From an uncultured Methanomassiliicoccaceae archaeon (lineage in GTDB: Archaea; Thermoplasmatota; Thermoplasmata; Methanomassiliicoccales; JACIVX01), in the NCBI GenBank assembly GCA_964544915.1, contig CAZJDY010000020.1, positions 4,843-68,842 of the forward strand: a DNA stretch of 64,000 bases, written 5' to 3'. The notes below the pieces were generated by a model that worked only from the letters and a program-made list of their open reading frames with translations, did not search any database and was not told where the DNA came from. A program made the position numbers and the translations under genes. This document shows positions 29,345-38,801 of this stretch, in pieces. Numbering within the stretch: position 1 is the first letter of the stretch; every line of letters begins with the position of its first letter.

Positions 29345-32300
29345 ATGAGATTAAGTGTTCTGGCGAGCAAAGCAGCTAGCTTTCTGATTGTGTGGAGCAT
29401 GATGTTCTCCTCATTTGCCGGCCTTATCGTGCTGGGAATACCAGGCGTTGGCCAGGCAGTGCTGCCGTCCGAGTATTCGAATGGCGATATGATAATTGGT
29501 ACCGATTACACGATCTCGAATTGGGCTATCAACAATCGGGTCGAATACATGGACGGGAACCTGACGATCCGCTCCGGAGGTGTCGTAACGATCACCAACG
29601 GAGGACTGAGCTTCACTCAGGATACTGGTCCAGACGGGATCGCCGGGACTTCCGATGACCATGTCTATACCCTCATCGTCGAGGACGGCGGCACGCTCGT
29701 CCTTGAGAAATCGATTCTGACCACCCACCTGGATCAGCGGAACGATTTCCCAAGTCTTGGCGTCATTGTTAGGAACGGAGGGGCGTTGGAGGCCAGGAAT
29801 TCAACACTTAAGTTCCCCGGTCACATGGTCGTCGATGATTCGACACTCATGATGTGGAATGCGACCGTCACTGGGCAGGACCCGACCGACATTGTAGAAT
29901 TCTGCAACCAGACGCAGTTCCAGTCTGACGCGTTCGACGATTCTCCGGTAATGCTGTTCGTTTCAAGTGTCGTCAATATCTACGATTCAGAGATCAATGG
30001 ATTGTTCGAGAACACCACCGGGGTGCCGCCTGCTTCTTTGTACAACCATTCATATAGCTTCGCTTCCGACGACGGAGACAGATCGGTAGTAACATATAAT
30101 ATCACAAGGACTGTCGCCGCTATAGGTGCAGGAAACCCGTCGGGTCAACTACTTGCGAACCTCACGATGGACGATTCGAGGCTTTTCGCAGTAGGGTCAG
30201 GCCAGCGGCTATTGACTTCTGGCATCGACGCAGCGGGCCTCGCGTTCTCAGGGACTTCCGGTGTGGTTGTCACATTGCATGCGAAGTACAAGACGGACGC
30301 AGGATATACGGGTTCGAATCCTATCCAATGGCAATACAACAAAGGACCTCTGAGATCTAGTGGAATCGTGCCTGCAGATACATCGTCGCCGTTTGGACCG
30401 AATCTGGAGGTAACCAGATATGCCAAGTTGCCAGCGATGTCTTCCGCGGATTTGAGCGGTCTGAACATCTCATTCGCAAACAGCGTCGCGAACAGGGTTT
30501 ACTTCAACAGACTGTGGGTCACCGTCGAGATGCCGATCCAGACCTTCCGGAATCTGACGCTTGCCGGATCGACGCAAATGACAGCTGTCAATTCCTACAT
30601 TTCGACCGACTTCTCAAACGATCCACTCGTGCACAATCAATTGGCCGTTCTTGACAACGCCGACGCCTATCTGTACGGCGTCTCCGCAGACATGTCTCAG
30701 ACCGCGTCACCCTCATTCGATCGCCGACCTGCGTACTCGACATCTGACAGAGCATTCAGCGCGACACCTTCAGCACTGGGGTCTGGAAATACTGCAGCAG
30801 GAGAATCGATTGCCAACCTCACTGCCAATGATAATAGATACTTCAACGTGAACAGTGGAGAGAGAATGGCGATTGATGGATTCAATGTCAGCAATCTAGT
30901 TGGTGAGATTTCCAATGCTGTACTCAATGTGATATACCTTACAGAATCTGGATATACAACAAGGACGTACGTCAATTGGAGTCTCGAGGGAGGCGCTCTC
31001 CAGAACACCTCTATTCAACCAGTCAACATCGGTGCGGAGACCCTGGCCTCATTCAACCTATACAATGCAGGAGTGCGCACGCTGAGTGATATCGCTCAGT
31101 TGAATGTTGCCTTCGATGACAGAGGAGGTCTATTCGTATATTTCGAGAGAGTCTGGATCGAGGTAACCCTAAGACCAAACATCTATGTGTACCGGTGGAT
31201 GAACTTCAAAGCCGTTGATTCGCAGTCCTTGCCGGTGCAGGGTGCGTGGGTGAACGCGACAGTGTCGGCTTCTGGTACCGCTGCGTACTACTACACTCCG
31301 TCAGGAGTGATAGGCGCACCGCCCACCGAGGTTCTTGACTACCTCGGAAAGGACGTTACCAGCTACAAGCGCACGAATCCATACGGCTCAGCAATGATAC
31401 CTCTGTTCTGGGAAATTGTCAATGAATCCACTATGCCGAATTCAGGGGTGCTGGGAGGGTATGACCTCAACGTGACTTACAGGAATGTCACAAGCGTTAT
31501 GTACTACTACACAACCGGTGTGAGCTTCGCACCATATCCAGCGCTTTCAGAGGCGGACCAGACCAAAGCGGTTACGGTAACACTGTCCAGTCTGGTGCTT
31601 GACAAGCCGGACTTGGTCGTCACAGCCCTGACTGCTCTGCCAACGACAGTATACGAGGACGACACGGTAACATTGACAGCGACGGCGGCGAACAACGGGC
31701 TAACGGCCGCGACCGATGTCCTGGTGACCTTCACGGACTTCTTCGGAGGCACGCTGACTGAGATCTCAAATGCAACTATTCCGTTCATGTTAGGCGCTTC
31801 GTCGACAGACGTGGTCGTGAGCTGGTCAAACACTCTACCGGGCGTTCACACCATAACCGCGAGAGTAGATCCTTTCGACAATGTCATCGAACGGAGTGAA
31901 TCGAACAACGAGCTATCGATTCAGGTCAATGTTCTGGCAAACCTACCCGAGCTGTCGATCGTCTCGAGCGACATCGTGATCGATCCTCAACCTGCCTATA
32001 CCGGCGCACAGGTCTTCGCGAACGCGACCATTCGCAACACACTCGGAAGAGCCAATGCAATAAACGCAGTCGTTGAGTTCTACATAGGCAACCCGATGAG
32101 CGGCGGACAGTTACTTGGATCGACGAGTGTCAATGTTCCAGCTGGAGGGTCGAACGTCTCCAGCTTCGAGTGGGTTCCGTCTCAGATTGGCGAGTACTCG
32201 ATTTATGTCTATGTCAACCGTTTAAGGGCAATCACAGAGTACGACTTCACAAACAACCTTGCATCCACGGACGTTATCGTTGAACTCTCGACAAACGAGT

Positions 32301-34912
32301 TCGACTTCGTCGTGGACGACAACAACATTGTGACCCTAGCAGGAACCGTGTTCCTGTGGGGTGCGAACATTATTGTGAAGGATAACGGCACACTGATTCT
32401 CAGCGATGTGGACCTTGTCCTAGTGCAGTCATCTGGGGACCAGTTCCTAATAATCATACAGGACAACGGTACCCTGATCTTGAACCAATCTCTCATCACA
32501 TCCGACTACAGCTTGAGGCTGTATCTATTCGACCACGCCTCTCTGGTGGTGACAAATGGCTCGATAATGAATCCGGTCGTCACCATCATTGCTGAAGACC
32601 AGTCCCGCATCGACATTGAATCTTCCACTGTGCACGCTGACATAATCGCACCTACAAAATCGAGCGTCGTCATGAATGCAGCGAACACTACATTCGGTCG
32701 CACCTGGTCCTCGTTCGGAGGGAACGCTGCGGCCTATCTGACGAACGTCAGCATACCCTCGCTCTCACCAGTAGACGGAGCGGTCGTCTACCACTACAGA
32801 TGGATAGTGGTGACCGTCGTCGACGGCAAGGGCGCCCCACTGCCTGGAGCCTTTGTCAACCTAGAGCATTACTTGAATGGAACGGTATCTGGTACTGGCA
32901 ACTCCGGTTCGAACGGACGGATAATGTTCCGTGCCCTCTGTGACAAGATCACGGCATCCTCAATGACTTACTTCGGCAGTTATCGATTGAACGCGACGTA
33001 CTGGTTCGACGATGTGGCTTACGAGACTGACGGATACACGACTGCATCCCTTGAGCCGTATTCAGTGCCGTTGACTCGCGATGTCATCATCTCCACCCTA
33101 ACGATACCGGACGCTGTAAGGGGGCCCGCGGATCTGGTGGCTCTGAGCATAGTGTTCACGCCGGCTAGTAGTCCGGTCAGCGTCAATACTCATCTCCTGA
33201 TGGACGCGAGAGCGGACAACATCGGTGAGACCGAGGCGTCGAACGTGGTCGTAAGGTTCTGGCTCGGAGCCGTGGGGACCGGGACGGTCATCGACGAGGT
33301 CACAGTGCCACTGATTAACCCAGGAGAGACCATTGTAGCCACAGGTGAGTGGGATGCTTCGGTCGATGTCGATCAGAAACTCCAGACCAGGACGATAGCG
33401 GTCGAGTTCAATCCAGGCCAGATCATAACTGAGATCTCGTATGCCAACAACATTGTCACACAGTCGATCCTTGTGGTCGATAGACGCCCCGATTTTGTGT
33501 TCCCAGACGGCATTGAAGTGACATCTGGTGGACACGTGACCGAGCAAGCTGTCGTCGGAGAATCCGTGGTCCTGGGCACTCAGGTTGAGAACGATGGATA
33601 CACATCTGCGATGGGCGTCGTGGTTGCCTTCTACATAATGGACTCTGACGGTCTGACGACGTACCTTGGAATGATCACGACGGATATCGCCAACAACGCC
33701 ACGGTCAACGCAAACCTGACTTGGGCGGTCAACACCACAAGTTTCGGACAGTTCGACCTGAAGATAGTGGTGAATCCGCTTGGATTGAAGGAGGAAGGGA
33801 ACTATGGCAACAATGAGATAACTGCGCAGTTCCAGATCAACGTGCCGAACCCGGTTATTGTCATCAACCTGAATGGCGTGTTCAGCTACAAGGCCGGCAC
33901 CGACGTGGTGGTCAGCGGTACGATAACCAACGAGATCAGTGGTGAACCCCTCATCGGTAGGCCCGTGTGGGTCAGTCTCGTGGATGCGTCCGGTAATGTC
34001 ATAGGTTCCAACGCGACTTCAACGACCACGTCGTCAGGCAGCTTCCAGACATCCAAGTACATCCCCCTAGGAGAGGAGGGAGACTACGAGATTCGAGTGA
34101 CGGTCCAGATCGGAGATCAGACATTCAGCAACAGCCAGGACATAACCGTCAATAGGGGCTTCATAGAGACGCCGACTGATTGGTGGATCTATGCAATCAT
34201 AATCGCCATAGTCGCCGCGATCATCATCTTCTTCTCGGTGTACCTATACAAGTACGGCCTGGGCAAGATGGTCGAGTGCGGCGAGTGCGGCGCCCTCATA
34301 CCAGAGTCCTCTAAGCGCTGCCCGAAGTGCGGCGTGGAGTTCGAGGCAGGAACGGCCAAGTGCAGCGAGTGCGGTGCTTGGATACCTGCGAGCTCGGGCG
34401 AGTGTCCGGAGTGCGGTGCGAAGTTCGTCACGGCCCCGATCCCGGAGGAAGAGGACGAATACATGAAGAAGATGAGGGAGCAGTACCAGCAGTTCGTGGA
34501 CGGATACAGGGAGCAGGCCAAGGGCGTATTAGGGAAGAAGTTCTCGGAGGCGAAGTTCGCTGACTGGTGGAAGAAGCAGCCCAGCCACACAACCTTCGAG
34601 AAGTGGCTGTCCCAGGAGGAGGAGCGCCGGAAGCTAGGTGCGTTCGCCTGCCCTGTCTGCGGCACGCTGAACCCAAGAGGTGCGAAGGTCTGCCACAAGT
34701 GCGGTACCGTCTTCGAGACTCCGAAGGAGGCCCCGAAGGAAGAGGGCGAAGAGGAAGGGAAGCCGAGGCTGAGGAGGATCGTCAAGAGGCCGGTGGAGAA
34801 GAAGGTCCTGAAGAAGGCTGAAGAGGCACCGGCGGAAGAGAGATCCTATGAGCAGCCCGGAGCACCGCCAGAGGAAGAGAGCTCCAAGGATGAGGAACCG
34901 AAGACCACATAG
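29345..34912 (+). CDS. Giant (1856 aa from the ATG at 29345; 1864 aa in the ORF track) type I membrane surface protein with beta-helix-like and CARDB-like regions, a C-terminal transmembrane helix and a cytoplasmic triple zinc-ribbon tail
   Basis: N-terminal hydrophobic signal (ASFLIVWSMMFSSFAGLIVLGIPGVGQA). Parallel-beta-helix-like repeats occur in two places (LTIRSGGVVTITNGG, VEDGGTLVLEKS, VRNGGALEARNS and again IVKDNGTLILSD, IQDNGTLILNQS). At least four CARDB-like modules are present (e.g. KPDLVVTALTALPTTVYEDDTVTLTATAANNG), with numerous NxS/T sequons. The transmembrane helix is WWIYAIIIAIVAAIIIFFSVYLY at 34181-34249. Three CxxC-x(n)-CxxC ribbons and a K/E-rich tail follow. Confidence 0.8.
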   Translation: MRLSVLASKAASFLIVWSMMFSSFAGLIVLGIPGVGQAVLPSEYSNGDMIIGTDYTISNWAINNRVEYMDGNLTIRSGGVVTITNGGLSFTQDTGPDGIAGTSDDHVYTLIVEDGGTLVLEKSILTTHLDQRNDFPSLGVIVRNGGALEARNSTLKFPGHMVVDDSTLMMWNATVTGQDPTDIVEFCNQTQFQSDAFDDSPVMLFVSSVVNIYDSEINGLFENTTGVPPASLYNHSYSFASDDGDRSVVTYNITRTVAAIGAGNPSGQLLANLTMDDSRLFAVGSGQRLLTSGIDAAGLAFSGTSGVVVTLHAKYKTDAGYTGSNPIQWQYNKGPLRSSGIVPADTSSPFGPNLEVTRYAKLPAMSSADLSGLNISFANSVANRVYFNRLWVTVEMPIQTFRNLTLAGSTQMTAVNSYISTDFSNDPLVHNQLAVLDNADAYLYGVSADMSQTASPSFDRRPAYSTSDRAFSATPSALGSGNTAAGESIANLTANDNRYFNVNSGERMAIDGFNVSNLVGEISNAVLNVIYLTESGYTTRTYVNWSLEGGALQNTSIQPVNIGAETLASFNLYNAGVRTLSDIAQLNVAFDDRGGLFVYFERVWIEVTLRPNIYVYRWMNFKAVDSQSLPVQGAWVNATVSASGTAAYYYTPSGVIGAPPTEVLDYLGKDVTSYKRTNPYGSAMIPLFWEIVNESTMPNSGVLGGYDLNVTYRNVTSVMYYYTTGVSFAPYPALSEADQTKAVTVTLSSLVLDKPDLVVTALTALPTTVYEDDTVTLTATAANNGLTAATDVLVTFTDFFGGTLTEISNATIPFMLGASSTDVVVSWSNTLPGVHTITARVDPFDNVIERSESNNELSIQVNVLANLPELSIVSSDIVIDPQPAYTGAQVFANATIRNTLGRANAINAVVEFYIGNPMSGGQLLGSTSVNVPAGGSNVSSFEWVPSQIGEYSIYVYVNRLRAITEYDFTNNLASTDVIVELSTNEFDFVVDDNNIVTLAGTVFLWGANIIVKDNGTLILSDVDLVLVQSSGDQFLIIIQDNGTLILNQSLITSDYSLRLYLFDHASLVVTNGSIMNPVVTIIAEDQSRIDIESSTVHADIIAPTKSSVVMNAANTTFGRTWSSFGGNAAAYLTNVSIPSLSPVDGAVVYHYRWIVVTVVDGKGAPLPGAFVNLEHYLNGTVSGTGNSGSNGRIMFRALCDKITASSMTYFGSYRLNATYWFDDVAYETDGYTTASLEPYSVPLTRDVIISTLTIPDAVRGPADLVALSIVFTPASSPVSVNTHLLMDARADNIGETEASNVVVRFWLGAVGTGTVIDEVTVPLINPGETIVATGEWDASVDVDQKLQTRTIAVEFNPGQIITEISYANNIVTQSILVVDRRPDFVFPDGIEVTSGGHVTEQAVVGESVVLGTQVENDGYTSAMGVVVAFYIMDSDGLTTYLGMITTDIANNATVNANLTWAVNTTSFGQFDLKIVVNPLGLKEEGNYGNNEITAQFQINVPNPVIVINLNGVFSYKAGTDVVVSGTITNEISGEPLIGRPVWVSLVDASGNVIGSNATSTTTSSGSFQTSKYIPLGEEGDYEIRVTVQIGDQTFSNSQDITVNRGFIETPTDWWIYAIIIAIVAAIIIFFSVYLYKYGLGKMVECGECGALIPESSKRCPKCGVEFEAGTAKCSECGAWIPASSGECPECGAKFVTAPIPEEEDEYMKKMREQYQQFVDGYREQAKGVLGKKFSEAKFADWWKKQPSHTTFEKWLSQEEERRKLGAFACPVCGTLNPRGAKVCHKCGTVFETPKEAPKEEGEEEGKPRLRRIVKRPVEKKVLKKAEEAPAEERSYEQPGAPPEEESSKDEEPKTT
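30113..30535 (+). repeat. Copy 1 of an internally duplicated ~135-140-aa module inside the giant protein (protein-level repeat)
   Basis: AIGAGNPSGQLLANLTMDDSRLFAVGSGQRL...LSGLNISFANSVANRVYFNRLWVTVEMP aligns by eye with copy 2. Confidence 0.6.
30773..31175 (+). repeat. Copy 2 of the internally duplicated module inside the giant protein
   Basis: ALGSGNTAAGESIANLTANDNRYFNVNSGERM...IAQLNVAFDDRGGLFVYFERVWIEVTLRP. Anchors shared with copy 1 are G.GN, ANLT..D.R.F.V.SG.R and N..F......VYF.R.W..V. Confidence 0.6.
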
Positions 34913-34920
34913 ACACAAAC

Positions 34921-34945
34921 CTTTTTTCTCTTTCTTCTTTTCACT
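34921..34945 (+). terminator. Oligo-T tract downstream of the giant gene (archaeal-type terminator)
   Basis: CTTTTTTCTCTTTCTTCTTTTCACT starts 9 nt after the TAG stop. Confidence 0.45.
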
Positions 34946-35048
34946 GTCTATTCTATCATTCTTCTTGCGGCGTCTGGCATTGTCTGGTTTCCGAGCATGA
35001 ATTCATATCGAAAAGCCCGGCATGACTGTGAAGAATGATGGAGATATG

Positions 35049-35098
35049 GGGCGGCGCAATTCAAATTGCCGCGCCGCCGCGCGGTCAAAATGAAAAAA
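35049..35098 (-). terminator. GC-rich imperfect hairpin plus T-runs (minus strand) downstream of the filament operon
   Basis: On the minus strand the TAA stop at 35115-35117 is followed by CCCTTTTTTCATTTT and then the inverted repeat GGCGGCGCGGCAA/TTGCGCCGCC. Confidence 0.4.
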
Positions 35099-35114
35099 GG
35101 GAAACGTCCGATTA

Positions 35115-36803
35115 CTAAGTCATTTTCTCCCTTATTTCTTTGACAGTCCTCTCGGGGTCCTTGTAATATGCCGAGATTATGTTTGCGACCTGCTTGTAGT
35201 TGTCGACGCCTATCTTCTTCATGTACTCGAGGATGTCAACCCTGCGCTTCACCTCGCGCTCCATCTCCCTCGGGGACCAGTTCCTTATCGCCCTGACCTT
35301 CTCGTATACATAGGAGTGCCCGCTGAAGTTGAACGTATCGTCCGCGGGGTTCCAAGTGTGGACGGCGTTCGTGATGAGCTCTCCGGTCTCCGGGTCCATG
35401 CCGACGATCTCGGTCAGGGATTTGACCCTCCTCGTCATCTTCGTGCCTACTTTTACCTGCGCTTGTAGGAGCACGATGTCGAGCGCCGTCAGCAATGCTC
35501 TCGGGAGGTTGATTGGGTCGTTCTCCATCCTGTGCACCATCGCCTGAACGTCCTCTGCGTGGAAGGTCGAATAGGCGGTCTTGCCGGTCGCCATCGCCTG
35601 GAATACGACGTAGGCCTCCTTGCCTCTGACCTCACCAACCATTAGGTACTGAGGTCTCTGCCTCAGCGCGGTCGTCAATAGCTCGAACATGTCAATCGTG
35701 CCGGTCTTGCCGCCGCCCCTGCCGCCAAAGCCCTCTCTTGTGAGGGACGGAATCCAGTTCTCGTGAGGCAGGTTGAGCTCCCTGGTGTCCTCGATGCTGA
35801 CAATCTTCATTTGTGGCGGTATGAACAGCAATACTGCGTTCAAAGTCGTCGTCTTGCCGCTCGCGGTACCTCCGCAGACGAGCATCGAGCTACCGTATTC
35901 GGTAGCGATCCAAAGATAGGCCATCATGTCAGTGCTCATCGTTCTGAATTTGAGCAGATCGATCGGGGTGAACGGGTTCTCCTTGAAGCGTCTGATCGTG
36001 AAGGACGATCCCCTCTTCGTGACGTACTTTCCTAGGGTCGCATTGAGCCTCGAGCCGTCCGGTATGGTAGCGTCAAGTAACGGGTCAGCGACGGATATGT
36101 GCTTTCCGCACTTCTGTGCCAACCAGACGACGAACGCGTCGAGTTCCATCTCCTTCTCGAATCTGATGTTCGATCTGATCGATCCGTATTTTCTGTGGTA
36201 GATGTAAAGTGGAATGTCAACCCCGTCGCAAGAGCAGTCCTCAACGTTCGGGTCGGTCATCATGACATCTATTGCACCATATCCGATGAAGTCCCTCCGG
36301 AGAAAGTATATGATCCTGTCCTTCGACACCGGGTGGAGTGTCACGCCGAACGTTTTCATGAGGGTATCTGTCGCCTTGTTTAGGATATTATCCTTCTCGA
36401 CGGCCGACTCGATCTCCGCCAGGTTCAGCGTCATTATGAGTGCGTTCTTGAGCAGCTCCAGAAGGTTGCGTTCGTCTCCAGACAGGTTCGGCTCGATTAC
36501 CTCATAGAGGTACTCTCCTCCGACGTTGTCGTACCTTATCCGTACGAACGAGTAGGGGTCCATGATCTTCGAGATCTCGACCTCGTCGACTCCGGGGTCC
36601 GATATCTTCGGTATCTCTGTTATGACGTCGAGCGGTCCTTTGTTGACCTCGGATGGAATCATGATCTTCATCGGTTTGCTCTTCAGCTTGAGCAAGAATG
36701 AAAGGTATCTGCTTGAGAACCCGCCGCCTGACCTTCTCTCCTTTGCTTCCTCTTCAGCTCTCTCCTCAGGGAGAGGTCCTTCCATTCTAGCGGCATCTGT
36801 CAT
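35115..36803 (-). CDS. FlaI/ArlI-TadA (GspE/VirB11) family secretion ATPase, paralogue 1
   Basis: Walker A GGTASGKTT, EDTRELNLPHENWIP, Walker B region LMVGEVRGKE, and FQAMATGKTAYSTFHA. Confidence 0.9.
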   Translation of the reverse strand: MTDAARMEGPLPEERAEEEAKERRSGGGFSSRYLSFLLKLKSKPMKIMIPSEVNKGPLDVITEIPKISDPGVDEVEISKIMDPYSFVRIRYDNVGGEYLYEVIEPNLSGDERNLLELLKNALIMTLNLAEIESAVEKDNILNKATDTLMKTFGVTLHPVSKDRIIYFLRRDFIGYGAIDVMMTDPNVEDCSCDGVDIPLYIYHRKYGSIRSNIRFEKEMELDAFVVWLAQKCGKHISVADPLLDATIPDGSRLNATLGKYVTKRGSSFTIRRFKENPFTPIDLLKFRTMSTDMMAYLWIATEYGSSMLVCGGTASGKTTTLNAVLLFIPPQMKIVSIEDTRELNLPHENWIPSLTREGFGGRGGGKTGTIDMFELLTTALRQRPQYLMVGEVRGKEAYVVFQAMATGKTAYSTFHAEDVQAMVHRMENDPINLPRALLTALDIVLLQAQVKVGTKMTRRVKSLTEIVGMDPETGELITNAVHTWNPADDTFNFSGHSYVYEKVRAIRNWSPREMEREVKRRVDILEYMKKIGVDNYKQVANIISAYYKDPERTVKEIREKMT

Positions 36804-36806
36804 TCT

Positions 36807-37757
36807 CTATCCTCCTATGACTCTCGTTCCGATAAAGCCGATGGCTAACATGATGAAGCTGTGCCTTAGTCCATTGGTGATTCTGCCATCCTGGAGGACA
36901 CCTGCGAGGATGCCGTCACCGAAAGCATGGAGTACTACCGCAATCACGAAGATCAACTGGACCTGCGGGATGACTTTGGTCTGTATGGTTGCTGGCATAT
37001 TCGTTATGCCAGCCGCTTCGGCGCCCTCTGCGACCTGCTGGCCCGCTTCCGCCATCTTCGGCAGGAAGGTCGAGTTCAGGATGAATATCGTCGCAATGAA
37101 CACCATGAACGCGATGTAGATGACGACCATGTATGTCGACATGGCTATCTTCCTCTCGTTCTCGTTAAGCATCGTCTCCCTCGCGTCGTGGGCGACCATT
37201 GTGAGGACATCCGCGACGCTTCCGCCGGCATCGTTCGCCTTGATAATGATTGACATCATCCTGTTGACGAGGGGCGTGTTCACCCTCTCTGCAAACAGGC
37301 GAATCGCATCGGCTGCCGGTACTCCCCAGTCTATCTGAGCGGCCATCCTCTTTATCTCTGGCGTCAGTTTGCCGTACCTGCCTCTAGATGAGACCTTGAT
37401 CGCCTCGGCCAATGTCATGCCGAATCGCCCAGCTTCGGCCACATCTCTGAGGAAATCCGGCAGTCTAGACTCTATTTCCTTTATCTTCTTGTGACGGGAG
37501 GTCATGTAGAAGCCATACGGTCCACTCATCGCCATTAGTCCGAAGGCGAGGAAGTCTATCCATTCTAGACCGGTGCTTAGTCCTCCGATGGCGTCCAGGA
37601 ATCCCACAAAGAACAGTACGACTGCTATGACGACACCCACTATGAGGATTATCCTGGCATAATCCCTCTTGTTCGTCTTGAGCTGGTCGATGTCTAGGAT
37701 TCGCTCCTTCTTGCCCTCCTTCTTCTTCTCTTTCCCCTTCCTAGCCATCCCGATCAC
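36807..37757 (-). CDS. Single T2SSF-domain membrane protein (FlaJ/TadC-like, C-terminal-half equivalent)
   Basis: 316 aa. A cytoplasmic helical domain (LAEAIKVSSRGRYGKLTPEIKRMAAQIDWGVPAADAIRLFAERV...DAGGSVADVL) is flanked by transmembrane helices. There is a 3-nt spacer to each neighbouring gene. Confidence 0.75.
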   Translation of the reverse strand: MIGMARKGKEKKKEGKKERILDIDQLKTNKRDYARIILIVGVVIAVVLFFVGFLDAIGGLSTGLEWIDFLAFGLMAMSGPYGFYMTSRHKKIKEIESRLPDFLRDVAEAGRFGMTLAEAIKVSSRGRYGKLTPEIKRMAAQIDWGVPAADAIRLFAERVNTPLVNRMMSIIIKANDAGGSVADVLTMVAHDARETMLNENERKIAMSTYMVVIYIAFMVFIATIFILNSTFLPKMAEAGQQVAEGAEAAGITNMPATIQTKVIPQVQLIFVIAVVLHAFGDGILAGVLQDGRITNGLRHSFIMLAIGFIGTRVIGG

Positions 37758-37760
37758 CCC

Positions 37761-38801
37761 TCATAGGCTGGTCTCCTTGGTAATGTTCCATATGAAGAAG
37801 ATGAATCCGAACTGGGAGATTGGAATCATCAGTCCGACCACCGCATAGAGGAGGGTGATGGTCATGTCCGATGAGCCCCCTCCGCCAGGAACGATTGCCA
37901 TTATCGCCATGATGACGACAAGAAACAAAGGAAATGCGACGACGACAGTGACGAAGGACTCGGCCATAAGACCAAGGGTCTCGAGCTGCGAGCGCATCTC
38001 AAGCTTGCCCTCCTTCTCGAACTGCTCCGCCTTCTGCAGGAAGTAAGGTTTCAGCTGACCGCCGGAAGTGGAGGTCGTGACGACACCCTGTAGGAACTCC
38101 TGAAATCTGGAGGACGGGGTTCTCTGGGCCGCATTGTTTATCGCAGTCAGTATGTCGATCCCGAGGAGTTCTGTGTCCCTCGTGATCCACTCTGCCTCAT
38201 CCCTGATCTCGCCGTAAATCTCTTGCCTCGAAAGTTCCTTGAAAATGACGTCGACGTTGACATCTGCGGATGCCATCGCGGAAATGAAGCTCATCGCAGG
38301 GCCGATTCTCTTGTCTATGTCCCTGCCCCTGCGCTTCGCCTTCGACGCCGGCTGCGAGATCAGGACGACGTACGCCAGCATCGGGGGTATAGCAACCATA
38401 AGCACGAGTCCGACCAGGACGAGCGCGGCGTCGATCTTCAGGAAGCTCAGGATGATGCCGCCCATGAGAACAGCGACGACCCCGGCCACGGCGCCGACGA
38501 GTATGGTCGTCATCCAGACGTAAGCCACATATTCCTCCGTTCGCATCTTCATGTGGGCCTGGAGCAGGCTCTGTTCGAGCTTGGGGTTCGGTTTAGCTTT
38601 CAGTTTCACAAACGCTCCCAAAGTCCTCCAGCAGAACTCCTGATACTTCGTGAGCTTGATGTAATCTGGAATAGCGCCCTGGGGAAGCCTGACAACGTGG
38701 GGGCCGGCGATCTCAGGCTTATCTTCCGCCCTCTTGGTCTTCAGATACGACTTCTTCGAGGCCTCTAATCTCGCAAATATGTCAGAGACTTCGGGCGCCA
38801 A
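37761..38801 (-). CDS. Single T2SSF-domain membrane protein (FlaJ/TadC-like, N-terminal-half equivalent)
   Basis: 346 aa with the same transmembrane-helix/helical-domain/transmembrane-helix layout (ISAMASADVNVDVIFKELS...AINNAAQRTPSSRFQEFLQGVVTTSTSGGQL). The predicted TTG start overlaps the upstream ATPase by 20 nt. Confidence 0.7.
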   Translation of the reverse strand: MAPEVSDIFARLEASKKSYLKTKRAEDKPEIAGPHVVRLPQGAIPDYIKLTKYQEFCWRTLGAFVKLKAKPNPKLEQSLLQAHMKMRTEEYVAYVWMTTILVGAVAGVVAVLMGGIILSFLKIDAALVLVGLVLMVAIPPMLAYVVLISQPASKAKRRGRDIDKRIGPAMSFISAMASADVNVDVIFKELSRQEIYGEIRDEAEWITRDTELLGIDILTAINNAAQRTPSSRFQEFLQGVVTTSTSGGQLKPYFLQKAEQFEKEGKLEMRSQLETLGLMAESFVTVVVAFPLFLVVIMAIMAIVPGGGGSSDMTITLLYAVVGLMIPISQFGFIFFIWNITKETSL

